Shown: positions 26,681 to 37,400 of the stretch, one piece after another | Numbering within the stretch: position 1 is the stretch's first letter | Layout: each line of letters begins with the position of its first letter | Source of the DNA: a virus | DNA: 64,000 bases | Direction: 5' to 3' (one strand) | Virus record (IMG/VR): IMGVR_UViG_3300009161_000003 | Location: 48,923-112,922 of that record | Notes under the pieces: generated by a model | What the model saw: only the letters and a program-made list of their open reading frames with translations | Database searches by the model: none | What the model was told of the DNA's origin: nothing | Made by a program: the position numbers and the translations under genes

Positions 26681-27135
26681 TAATTTGAAGACCCAACCAA
26701 AGGTGCTTTTCCAATAGCAAGAATATTAATTTTTGTATTTGCAACTCCTTTAGTATTATATCTTACAAGAAAAGAAGCATTTGTATTTGTAACTGATGTA
26801 ATAACTACAGAAACATCTTGACCTGCTGCTGTTTTTTCACTATCAAAAGGAGTTGCAACCACCATTGGAGTATTTTGAAAGTTATAGGTAATTGAAAATG
26901 CTTCCTGTTGTCCTGCAGAAACATCTTTTGATGTACCAAGAACATATGTTTTTGCAAAAACAGCCATTGTATTGATTGATCCTCCAGTAGGCTCTCCAGT
27001 TTCTGAAATAATTTTAAAAGTTCCATTACCCGAACTTGATAGCCTGTCAGAAAGTTCATTTACGGCTGCAACAATGTCATAAACATACGAAACGTCTAAA
27101 GGTTGCCCTCTTTGCGGTACAATTAATCTTCCCAT
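26680..27135 (-). CDS. Putative virion/tail-tip protein (H-type-lectin-like C-terminus)
   Basis: F.NTP.VVAT...V.ITSVT.T...F...INILAIG pattern; last gene of the tail module. Confidence 0.5.
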   Translation of the reverse strand: MGRLIVPQRGQPLDVSYVYDIVAAVNELSDRLSSSGNGTFKIISETGEPTGGSINTMAVFAKTYVLGTSKDVSAGQQEAFSITYNFQNTPMVVATPFDSEKTAAGQDVSVVITSVTNTNASFLVRYNTKGVANTKINILAIGKAPLVGSSN

Positions 27136-27159
27136 GATTCCTCCATTATATCATTTAAC

Positions 27160-27636
27160 TTACGGTATTGATATTACACTACTCTCGTGTAAGGTTAACG
27201 CTGTAATTCTTTCTTTTGTGATTCCTTCTGGTTGAACCGCAATCCTTAATGTTGTTGCCGTTGTTGCCGTATTAGCAAAGGTGTAAGTTGTCGTGGCTGT
27301 ATTTCCAGAAAGAGTTGTTTGATTGGTTGTTCCATGATAAGAATATGAGTCAGATCCATATTTAATAAAAATATCAAGTTTTCCTCTACCTCTAGAATCT
27401 ACGGTTCTAATAGAAATTGTTCCTGCGGTAGGAGAAACAGTTACTGCATTTTTGGTAGTTTCTGCAGTAAGGCCATTTAGTGGAACGGAATCAACATAAT
27501 AAATTTTAGACCATGCTGATGTTCTATTAAAGTCATCAGAAATAATTCTATATCTTAATACGTGTTTGTTGCTAGAATTTACTGGTGGCAAATCTTTTTT
27601 TAATATTGTTATTTTTTTTATGCCTTTATCTACCAT
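27160..27636 (-). CDS. Putative minor tail protein
   Basis: Beta-rich sequence; RYRI....NRTS.WS motif; tail module position. Confidence 0.5.
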   Translation of the reverse strand: MVDKGIKKITILKKDLPPVNSSNKHVLRYRIISDDFNRTSAWSKIYYVDSVPLNGLTAETTKNAVTVSPTAGTISIRTVDSRGRGKLDIFIKYGSDSYSYHGTTNQTTLSGNTATTTYTFANTATTATTLRIAVQPEGITKERITALTLHESSVISIP

Positions 27637-28766
27637 TAAGAAATATCTCCAATAGTTCCAATATCTAAAGCCATTCTAAATTCAACATAGTTGTTTGTAT
27701 TTGTAGATTTGGTAATTGGTTCTCCATCTGCATTTTTAACAACAGTATATCCAACCAGTCCATACAAAGGATTAACTGTGTTTATATTATCAAACCTAAT
27801 TGCATCAAAAGCAATGTAGTGTGTGTTTACTTCGTTTCCTGAATCTACAACACATGAATAAATTTTTGCAGTTTTAATTGTTGCCCAGGAAAACCCTTGC
27901 TCTAAAACAAAATTTCCTAATGTTTTTGAAATTGCAAAATATCTGTTAGTATTAAAATTAACTCCGCCTGCTCCGTCAACTAAATCAACTAAACATCTTG
28001 CATACTTGTTATTACTGTCTATAAATTCTAAAATTATTTTAAGACTATCTGGGTTTGTATAACTGGAAGCATTTTTGTTTACAAGAGAAAATGCAATTTT
28101 AATTTGATCAGATAATGAATTTTGAGACAAATTAAGATTAAGTCCAGTTTTTTGTATGTGATACTGTCCTGTTAAACTAGAAGCAACATTTGTAATGTCT
28201 TTAATTTGACTATAATCTCCTTTTATAAAAATCATATTATTAAAAAATCTACATCTTTCATTTTTTTCATTTCTATTTGCTTTAAAAAATATAGAATTGT
28301 CTGCTGCTGCCTGAAAAACATTTAAGGCTGTTGCAATAATATTGTCATCTAGTGGATAGTCAAGGGATGTTGTAATTGGCGAAGTAACATTTTCAAAAGT
28401 AGTATTGCCGTATTGCCATTGTTCTTCTTCTGTAAATAATAATAATGGTCTGCTATCAAAGCCAGAAGCATCTGGATTACCTCCCGCAGAAAAAATACCA
28501 ATTTCAGTAATTTCATATCTTTCTGTTGTTGGAAGTTCTGAAGTAAATACTATTTTATTAACTCCATCTTCTTCTACATATCCCCTTGAAGAAATGGGAA
28601 CTCTAAACATTTCAAAGTCTAAAACCTCTTTAGTAGAATACTGTCCAAAAAATTGTCCAGTTGTTAATGGTTTAGCCCCACAACCAAAAGCCATATAAGA
28701 TGCGTAGGCAGGCGTGATTCCTATTAAATATTTTGCAATAATATCTTTTCCTTTGTTAGTTATCAC
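27636..28766 (-). CDS. Putative minor tail/baseplate protein
   Basis: MITNKGK..IAKY...A.G.G...L.FE..R and ITEIGIF motifs of tail-tip proteins. Confidence 0.6.
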   Translation of the reverse strand: MITNKGKDIIAKYLIGITPAYASYMAFGCGAKPLTTGQFFGQYSTKEVLDFEMFRVPISSRGYVEEDGVNKIVFTSELPTTERYEITEIGIFSAGGNPDASGFDSRPLLLFTEEEQWQYGNTTFENVTSPITTSLDYPLDDNIIATALNVFQAAADNSIFFKANRNEKNERCRFFNNMIFIKGDYSQIKDITNVASSLTGQYHIQKTGLNLNLSQNSLSDQIKIAFSLVNKNASSYTNPDSLKIILEFIDSNNKYARCLVDLVDGAGGVNFNTNRYFAISKTLGNFVLEQGFSWATIKTAKIYSCVVDSGNEVNTHYIAFDAIRFDNINTVNPLYGLVGYTVVKNADGEPITKSTNTNNYVEFRMALDIGTIGDIS

Positions 28767-29350
28767 GATTCCTCATTTCCAAGATTTGTCTTATATATTG
28801 TACCACTTTGAAGAGTTTCAATCTGAATATTTTCTCTTGGCCCTAAATTTATTGCTTCTATAACTATTGCGCCCATTGTTAGATCTGACACAATTATGCC
28901 ACCTTGATCATTTCTATAAACATTTATTCCATCTGGTCCATTTCCCACATTTGGAACTTTTGTTTCTAATTTAATTGGAAAATTTAAAAAGTATTTGTCT
29001 GAAGTATCTTGCAATGCAATAATGTTTTTAGGGTTTAAGGCTCTTATTGTTTCTGCCATATTTGAAATTGGTTGATAAGAAATTGTGCCAGTATCTAATT
29101 TTGCACTATTTGTTAAAGATAGCAAGGCTACACCATTAATCTGTTCAAAAAAAATTAACTTAATAAAGTCTTGGTCTGGTTCTGCATCGCCTTCTTTATC
29201 TCTATTAAATTTAACATATTGTGGAGTTGCAATTTTTACTGGAGATTTTACAACTAAGTTAGGTGATAAATTAACAGAAGGTGGAACTGGCATTACTTCA
29301 TATTCATATTGATACTCTCCATCTGAAATTAATGGCACGTTACACCTCAC
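28763..29350 (-). CDS. Putative minor tail protein
   Basis: Coupled ORF within the tail module. Confidence 0.5.
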   Translation of the reverse strand: MRCNVPLISDGEYQYEYEVMPVPPSVNLSPNLVVKSPVKIATPQYVKFNRDKEGDAEPDQDFIKLIFFEQINGVALLSLTNSAKLDTGTISYQPISNMAETIRALNPKNIIALQDTSDKYFLNFPIKLETKVPNVGNGPDGINVYRNDQGGIIVSDLTMGAIVIEAINLGPRENIQIETLQSGTIYKTNLGNEES

Positions 29351-32300
29351 TCAAATATATAGTCATGTCTGGTCCACTTAAACTTCTTGAATACTCTATA
29401 TTATAAACAACAAATCTTGAAGTAGAAGATGCTACAAGATCTAGACCATTATTGTTTTTATAATCAATTGAAATAATATCCCCTAATTGAATTGTTGGAT
29501 TAGCAAAAATTTTTAATCCAATTGATTTTTTAGGAACTATTAGTTTATCAAGCAGCCAACCAATTAATTCCTCTGCCTCTTCTGTTGTTTGTATGTATTC
29601 AACATTTATGTTAAAGTCTGTTCTTCCATGTTTAAGTCTGCTTAATTTAATATTATCATATTTTTCTTTTTCTAATTTTGGTGAATAAACTATTACATCA
29701 CCTTTAAGTTCTGGGTCTGAAAAGTTTGATCGTTTTTTAAAATAATCATCTACTGTTAGTTCGCTACTGCTATCACTAGTAAAAGCAATACCCATAATTT
29801 GCAAAGTATTAGATGTATCTGTACCAAGATTTAAAAGACTATCTGTTGCATTAAATACCAAAAACTCTGCTCCATAAGCATTTGCTTGGAATCCAGAGAC
29901 TGTATATTCTTTTAGTTTATCTGGTGCCATTACTATTTTTGCATATAGTGCTGGATATGCATTATCAAATTTAGCATTAATGTATGCACACTCTCTCATT
30001 ATAGTTCCAAATTCATCATAAAAAATATTAAATTTTGGTGTTGTCAATGTGTTAATGCCTTTTAAATAAGACTCTTGTAAAATTCCACTTAGTGCGTATT
30101 TTTTAATAGCATCATTTGCTGTAATTGATCTGTTTGAAAACGTTCTCGATATTTGATTATTAATTTCAAATCCTGTATTTTTTGAATAGTTGTCTGATAA
30201 AGCATAAATATTTTCAAACATACATTTTGAAGAACCACGAACAAACAAAGCCGTTGATTGATAGTTTGGCAAAGGATCTAAGTCGTCAACTTGAGCAATA
30301 AGTTCATTATTAATATACAAATAAAACCTTCTTATATTACTATTTGCTAAGTCTTCATACTCTACGGCTAAGTCGTATATGCTAGTGTTTTCTTCATTGT
30401 ATTTTCTTGATATACCAAAAAATTCTCCCGAATCATAATTAATTGTTTCATCATAAGTACTAAATAGTTTAACTGGAACTGCTTTACTTTCACCAACACC
30501 TGCAACAACTTTATAAAAGATAACATTGTGTGTATCTGTTGTTGCATTGTCTAATGCAATTATTTCAAAATAATATCCTAAATTTGTTGTTGGATTTAAC
30601 AAAACTGCAATTCCTCCAGAGTTTCCAGAAATATTAATTTTTTCTTCTGGCGCTGCTGTATTGTTGCCTTGTTTAGACGCATTGTTTTCATAATAAGTCA
30701 TTCCATTTAATGGAATTGATTTAATAACTACTTTGCCATCTGCTGTAGTTGTTTGACCTTGTGGTTCTCCAACAATTCTAATTCTAGTTCCAAAATGTTT
30801 AAAAACAGATTGATCTAATGTTTTATAAACATAAGACAAGTTATCTCTTGGAGAAAGGTCTGTTGTAACAAAGTCTTTACCTTTAAAAACAAGAGCAGAG
30901 GATTGAACAAGTCCTTTATTTTTTGTTGGGTCTATAATTGTAACAGATGCTCTTTCTGTTTCTGTAAGTGCATACTCTGATAAAAATCTTTTAATTACTC
31001 CATTTACTGATGCTGCTTCTGCAGAAGTAATTCCAGCAGCAACTGTACCATTTAAAGTCCCTTCAAACTCTGTTCCTCCAAATAAATATTGAGAAGACAT
31101 AAGAACGCCTTTACGATTATCTTTATTGCTCCAATAGGGGTCTAAAGATGCTGTATGGTTTTGAATAACAGTTCCAAATTGAGCCCTTCCACTTTGAACA
31201 ACTGGACCATTAACCATTCTAGTAACTCCATTAATAGTTTCATAGTATGGTTCTGCAAAAATTCTTACTTTTCCCGTTGGAAAAATTTTTCCACCAAATT
31301 TTAATTTATTTAAATAATTTTTATATTCAGAGTCACTACTTATAAAAACATTTCCAAATCCTTCAACTGAGTGCTCTACAGCATCGTATCTAATTATTTC
31401 TCCACTTGAATAAAAATATCCTTGCTGCCTAGATATTAAATAAATCCCTTCGCCAAAATCAATAATATTATTAATAAGTTGATTGTTGACTACGGTTGGA
31501 AGTACTTGGGGAAGGGTTGAGTTTAAAGCAAGTGCAGAAAGGGTAAATCCACTTGACCTACTATCTTTTAGTTCTTCTTGATTTGAAATTTCCCATAAAG
31601 CAGATGGTTTGTATACCCAATATTTATTTTCTGCACTTGATGCAATCTGCTCGCCAAATGCAGAATATGTTTTATCAATGTATCTTGTTGTATAACTAAT
31701 CTTGCCATCATTGTATATTTTTTTATCTTGTGAAGCAATACTAATTATGTTAGCAAGTTTTTTGTTAGGCAGTGTTTTATTTTGAATAATATTTGCTGTA
31801 CTTTCTGCAAGAGAGGGAGAACCTCCTAAATTTATTTCATCCCATTCAGTAGTGCTATAAGATCCAGCATCCACAGTTTCAGTTGGCTCAGTGCTATATG
31901 TTGAAGCATCATCAAAATCTGTAATAATCTCTGGAACTGGTCCTGTAACTTTAGAACCAATCATTACAGTATCAACAGATCTTTGTGTTGCTGTTGGCAT
32001 TAAATAATTTTTACTCATTGCAATAAAATTATTATATTCATCAAAAAACATTGCAGTTTGTGTTGAAGTAGCCAAACTATTTAAAACTTGTGCAACGTTG
32101 GTATCAGGACCCACATAAAAATAAGGAATAATTGGATCTGATTCTCCTTCAATTCTTTTATAAATATAGTTACTAAAACCAATAGAGTCTAACAAAATTG
32201 ATATTGCATAACTAATAGATATATTTGTAAGAAATAGTTTTGGTGCTGTTATTGATTCAAAATAAAAATAAAAATCTCTTAACTCTAAGGAGATTGTTCC

Positions 32301-33851
32301 TCCAGTTATATCTGCTTGTGGCATTCCTTCTGCATATAATGTTTTAATTGGAACGCTATAGTTTTTATTACTTACATTTAAGAATGTTTCATAAAAATTA
32401 AATTTAAGGTTTTTGGTAACATATTTAGCAATAATACTATTTGTATTGTTTTCATTAAACGCTTGATCGTCATCAAATATTGATATGTTTCCAGTAGAAG
32501 CCAGCAACTGTCCAACTGGCAAAGAGCCATTGCCAAGATCAGACAACTGCTTAGTTATAGAATAACTAATAGTTTTATTTGATATATTGGCAACTAATCT
32601 TGGAGACATTTCAATTAAATCAAAAGTAGCCTCGTACTTGTTCATTTGTTCTGCAACAATTCTTACACCTTGAATATATTGAAATTCACGATATACTCTT
32701 TGATTGTTTTTAATAAAATATTCTGGAGATGTAAAATCTGTAACAAAGTTTGTTTCTTTGGTTAAATCTAAATTTGTTAATTGCCATCCATAGTCTGGCA
32801 CAAATGTATCGTAAACTTTTGTTGTGTCGTTCCATACATAATAAATTCCTTGATCTGTTGCACTTGAAGAAAGCAAATAGGCATATCCATCAATTGATCT
32901 TGTTGGTAGTACGGTAGTAGAAGATATTTTTTCAACATGTCTAAATCTAGTTTTAAAATCATTTGGAATAATTAAACCATAAGACAATTCTACATAACCA
33001 TCTTCTTTAATTATAACGGTTGAGTCATCTCTTAAAGAGTTTGCATTAAAAGTTTTTGCTGAGACCCAAGAATTATTTAACAAATATTCAATACGCCAAA
33101 CAACAGGAACTTGTTTATTAGAGTTTCCAAAAAGTGGATCTGCAATGGGACTTGTGACAGTGTTGAAAGGGCCAAGATCTTTTGTTCCAACATGTGTTTG
33201 CATTTTGACAACAATTCGATTTGCTGGAACTGTTTCTTTATATACTACAAATGGTGCAGCATCTTCAATTGGATATTGATTATTTACAGATTTTTTTGAT
33301 ATACCCCGTTCTGTTGTGGTAAAGGATGTAGCACTTTCTTTTTCTGTTCTAAACGATGTCCAATATTTAAACTCATCATATCTTGATCCTATATAGTATC
33401 TTGGTCTTTGTGTAAAAAAACTAGTTGCTCCAATAGTAGAATCAGCAAAGACTTGATTATTAATTAAGTTAGTATTAAAATTATGAAGATATCTTCCTTG
33501 AATATAAAACGCTTTGTTGATTCCTGATCTTGGTCGGAAAGGTTTAAGACAGTCTTCTAAAGAATAAAGTCCTGCATATTGTTCTTTAAGTGTTGAAAAT
33601 AATGCTGGCTGGTCACTATTAGTAAAACCATTATCAACTACAATATCTGCATCTGTTGCTCCCGTGTAAGAATTGCCAACATCATTTGCATCAAATGAAA
33701 GTGGTGCTTTTCCTGTATCTCTATTTCTATAATTTCCTAATTTAAAAATGTTATCTGGAACATTCATATTCCACTCTGCTAAAATAGTTGAACGGGTTTC
33801 AACTGTTGCAGAATTTTCTAAATGGTTCTTTAAAGTTGTATCAAGAAACAT
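29340..33851 (-). CDS. Large tail-tip/hub protein (1503 aa)
   Basis: Second gene after the TMP; hub-like motifs A.FFDEYNNF and C-terminal NP.IQLGD.I.I. Confidence 0.65.
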   Translation of the reverse strand: MFLDTTLKNHLENSATVETRSTILAEWNMNVPDNIFKLGNYRNRDTGKAPLSFDANDVGNSYTGATDADIVVDNGFTNSDQPALFSTLKEQYAGLYSLEDCLKPFRPRSGINKAFYIQGRYLHNFNTNLINNQVFADSTIGATSFFTQRPRYYIGSRYDEFKYWTSFRTEKESATSFTTTERGISKKSVNNQYPIEDAAPFVVYKETVPANRIVVKMQTHVGTKDLGPFNTVTSPIADPLFGNSNKQVPVVWRIEYLLNNSWVSAKTFNANSLRDDSTVIIKEDGYVELSYGLIIPNDFKTRFRHVEKISSTTVLPTRSIDGYAYLLSSSATDQGIYYVWNDTTKVYDTFVPDYGWQLTNLDLTKETNFVTDFTSPEYFIKNNQRVYREFQYIQGVRIVAEQMNKYEATFDLIEMSPRLVANISNKTISYSITKQLSDLGNGSLPVGQLLASTGNISIFDDDQAFNENNTNSIIAKYVTKNLKFNFYETFLNVSNKNYSVPIKTLYAEGMPQADITGGTISLELRDFYFYFESITAPKLFLTNISISYAISILLDSIGFSNYIYKRIEGESDPIIPYFYVGPDTNVAQVLNSLATSTQTAMFFDEYNNFIAMSKNYLMPTATQRSVDTVMIGSKVTGPVPEIITDFDDASTYSTEPTETVDAGSYSTTEWDEINLGGSPSLAESTANIIQNKTLPNKKLANIISIASQDKKIYNDGKISYTTRYIDKTYSAFGEQIASSAENKYWVYKPSALWEISNQEELKDSRSSGFTLSALALNSTLPQVLPTVVNNQLINNIIDFGEGIYLISRQQGYFYSSGEIIRYDAVEHSVEGFGNVFISSDSEYKNYLNKLKFGGKIFPTGKVRIFAEPYYETINGVTRMVNGPVVQSGRAQFGTVIQNHTASLDPYWSNKDNRKGVLMSSQYLFGGTEFEGTLNGTVAAGITSAEAASVNGVIKRFLSEYALTETERASVTIIDPTKNKGLVQSSALVFKGKDFVTTDLSPRDNLSYVYKTLDQSVFKHFGTRIRIVGEPQGQTTTADGKVVIKSIPLNGMTYYENNASKQGNNTAAPEEKINISGNSGGIAVLLNPTTNLGYYFEIIALDNATTDTHNVIFYKVVAGVGESKAVPVKLFSTYDETINYDSGEFFGISRKYNEENTSIYDLAVEYEDLANSNIRRFYLYINNELIAQVDDLDPLPNYQSTALFVRGSSKCMFENIYALSDNYSKNTGFEINNQISRTFSNRSITANDAIKKYALSGILQESYLKGINTLTTPKFNIFYDEFGTIMRECAYINAKFDNAYPALYAKIVMAPDKLKEYTVSGFQANAYGAEFLVFNATDSLLNLGTDTSNTLQIMGIAFTSDSSSELTVDDYFKKRSNFSDPELKGDVIVYSPKLEKEKYDNIKLSRLKHGRTDFNINVEYIQTTEEAEELIGWLLDKLIVPKKSIGLKIFANPTIQLGDIISIDYKNNNGLDLVASSTSRFVVYNIEYSRSLSGPDMTIYLSEV

Positions 33852-34478
33852 TTACACTTCTTCCATAGAAACCGATACGTCCCATAAGTCATGGTTGGTT
33901 TGACCACGTTTTGTAACGGTATATGAAAAATCAGAAATATAAACTTCAACAATTTCAGTATATTGATCTAAGTGTGCATATCTATCATCGGTTTGATCAT
34001 CCGCAAAATTGTTAAACTTGTCATACGATAGGAACATCCAAAATGGTCCAGTGTGGTTCTCATACCAATCTAGCATTTCTACACCGCCAGCACCCCCGTC
34101 AGCCGTGTATTCTGACCCCTGTGTAGTTACTCCAGTAGAGTCTACCCAGTCTGGTCTTCCACCATATGATCTTGAAGGAATGTTATTCCAACTTGTGCTA
34201 ATTGTATTTTTATCAGCAATATGAAAAGACCTCATGTTGCCATTTACCATTCTTTGCCTTTGTTCAATTCTTTCTGTTTTAAAATCTAATGGTGCTCTGT
34301 TGTGATCAGATAAGATTAAAAATTTATTTAGATTTGTAGTAGCAGTTGTATATGCACCTATTTCAATTCCGTCTGGAACGTAAATTCCATTTTGTAATGT
34401 ACCTGGATTTTCTGACCAGATAATGGCTTGTGGTCTTCCAAAACGTTTTCTTCCTGCGGTATATGCTGCGGTAGCCAT
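33852..34478 (-). CDS. Distal-tail-like protein
   Basis: Immediately after the TMP; RM.NG.MR....ADK..I..SW motif and C-terminal V.MEEV. Confidence 0.6.
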   Translation of the reverse strand: MATAAYTAGRKRFGRPQAIIWSENPGTLQNGIYVPDGIEIGAYTTATTNLNKFLILSDHNRAPLDFKTERIEQRQRMVNGNMRSFHIADKNTISTSWNNIPSRSYGGRPDWVDSTGVTTQGSEYTADGGAGGVEMLDWYENHTGPFWMFLSYDKFNNFADDQTDDRYAHLDQYTEIVEVYISDFSYTVTKRGQTNHDLWDVSVSMEEV

Positions 34479-37400
34479 TAGTAACCCCTAATTCTTTGAT
34501 TTTCAATCATCTTAATTTGATTGATAACTGTTCGTGCAATATCATTTGGATTGGCATTACTGTTAGAAACATTAACGCTAAGGTTATAATTATACAGGGT
34601 TTTGGAATTATTTACTTCTGTTTGTGACCCACTAAGATTTTTAATAGAGGACATTGCTTCAGGAGTTGTAAATGTTGGTGAGTTTATAGCACCAAGAAGA
34701 GGCCCAAAACTTTGTGTTGCTTTTTTATTAACAACATATTCTCCAGGAGTAAGCATTGCTGGAACAGTATCAGTTCCACGAGCCAGACCACCAGATGCCA
34801 TGTATTTAGGAACCATTCCACCCATTGCACCAGTAAATCCAGGAATGCCGAGATAGTTTAAAGGGTTGTAGGATGATGTTTTGGGTGCAGTCTGCTTTTT
34901 GGGCATATCGCCAACCCCACCCAAATATCTGCCAAATTGGGTGGCCCAATCAAGTGCTGGTGCTGGTGCTGCCGAAACTAAAGTCGCTGCTGCTGCTTGG
35001 GCTGCTGCTTGCGCTGCTGCTGCTTCTTTTGCTTTAATTGCATCTTCTGCTTTTTGATCAGCAAATGTTGTATTACCTTTAGTTCCAAGTTCTGCTTTTG
35101 CTGCTTTCATTGCAGCATCTGCTGCCTGGATAGATTTTGTTACATCAGTTAATGCAAGTATTGTTGAGTCAGCATCTCCCTTTACATTCTTAAGAATATT
35201 TCCAAGGAATTTAGAATCATTTGGATCAATACCTGCTTCTAATGCTAACTTAATAGCACTACCTGCTGCTGCAATTTCAACTCTTGTTAGTCCTAAAGTA
35301 TCTTTAAGAGTTAAATCAAGTTTATCTTTTGCAAGTCTAATGTTGTTTGTTATATCACTTAAACGATCTGCAATAACTTTATTGTCTGCCTCAATTTGAA
35401 CTCTGGTTAATCCGTTTGGAGAAGTAACAGATTCAAGTGCATTTGTTTTTGCTTTTTGCAAGGCTTCCATTCTTGTTTTTGCAACTTGTTGAATTTTTGC
35501 ATTTCGGTAATCTTGCATTGCACTGCTTGCTGCACTAATATCTCCCTTTGCAAGTGCATCAGCAATTGACATTTTTGTTGAAATAAGTTGATTATTTTTT
35601 TCAGCAAGAGCATTGATCTCTTCTAATGCTGAAATCTGTTTATCATAAGTTTCGTTTATCTTATCTTCTTGCCTTGAAATTAAATCTAAATTATAGTTAT
35701 TATCATTTTGTTTTGTTTCTAATTTAGATTGCTCAAGAACATATTGGTTTTCAATTAGTTTTTCTTGCAATGCCACAAACTTCTCAACTATATTAAATCT
35801 TGCAACTTGACCATCCATCTCATCCATTAATGCTATCTTTTGAGCATTATCATATTGTTTTTGTGCTGCAGTTAATTCTTCTGTTTGTGTTAATAATTCT
35901 TTAAGTTGGGCTGGGCTAAGTTCTTTATTGGCAATAGCAAGTGCAATGGTTTGATCACTTGCTAACTCCATAGCCTGTGCATAACTAAATCCAGCATTAC
36001 GCAAAACAGACATAGCGCCTACTTGGTTTTTAATTCCAGCAATTTTATCTGTTAGTTGGGTTTGATATTCTCCCAATTTAATTGCTGTAAATGCTTTATT
36101 TAATGCATTTCCCAATTCAGTTAATTTCATTGAAGCAGTGCCTGCACCAGTAGTAATTTTGGCTAAATCTTCTTGCAATCCTTGTGGGCTCATAGCATCT
36201 ACAAAGTCTAAGAAATCTCTGCTTACTTTTCCATCTGCCATTAATTTTTGATCAATACCTTTAAATTGTGTTATTGATGCATTTTTGCCCATTACTTTTT
36301 TTAATTCTTCTGCTCCACCAATTGCATTAATTGTTGAGTTTTGAACAAGTTTAAGTTTCTTAAGTGTGTCATCATATGTAGTATCTCTTTCGCCACCGCC
36401 ACCTTTTTTTCCTGGTTTAAATGCTTTACTAGCATCTTTTGCTGCTTCAGTTATTTTGTTTGCTTTGTCTGTTGCCATTAAATCCGTTACTTGTTTTGCG
36501 GTTGTTAATTTTACACTTTTTTTATAACCTTTAGGATTAAACTTTCTGTCTTTTGCATCTCCTGTTAAAGTTCCTACTTTATTTTTATTAAATGTTAGTC
36601 CTTTTTCACCCATAAAATTTTTAACATCTTGGCTATTTAGATCAATAGTTTCTGTTGTAGTTACCAGTGCTGTCATGTATATCTTTTTTTGTTCATCTGG
36701 AAGTTTGTTGTAATACTCTAAATCAGTGTTTAATGCGCTTAGTGCTTTTGGATTTGCTCCTAACAATTTTGTGGTAACTTTCATGTCAATTTTACCTTTT
36801 TGTTTTTGTATCTGTGCTATTGTTGTTTGCAAAGCAGCAGCACCAAGTTTATTTTTTTCAACGTAGTTACCAATAACTTCCATATCTAAAACAGTTCCCA
36901 TTTTTCCAAGCGTTCCATAAAAATCTATAAGTTTTTGTGCTTCTTCAGGGGTTTTTCCGTGAACACTTAAAACAAGATCTTTTTGTATTTGATCTAAATC
37001 TTTTCCTGTGCCTTTTTCAGTAAACATAGAAGCAACTGCCATAGCCTCATTTCCAACTACTGCACCAAATCTTGTCGTTATATCCATAAACTTTTGTGCG
37101 CCTGCTTTGTCTCCAGTAAACATATCAACCATATTTAATACTTGCATTGGATCCATTTGACCAGACGACAACTGCATGTTGATTAAATATTCATGTTCTT
37201 TATTTAATCCTAAACTTTGTATTTGTTTTGATGCTTCTTCGGCAACTGGTGCTAGAGCAGTTCCTTTATATTTATCAATTGCAGCGCTTCTTGCTCCTTT
37301 TAATAATAAAGTTTGTACTTTTCCATCACTTGCTTTTTTATAAGAATTTAATATATCTGTATTAAGTGATGCATTTGTGGCAAGCAGTTTTATTCTTCCA

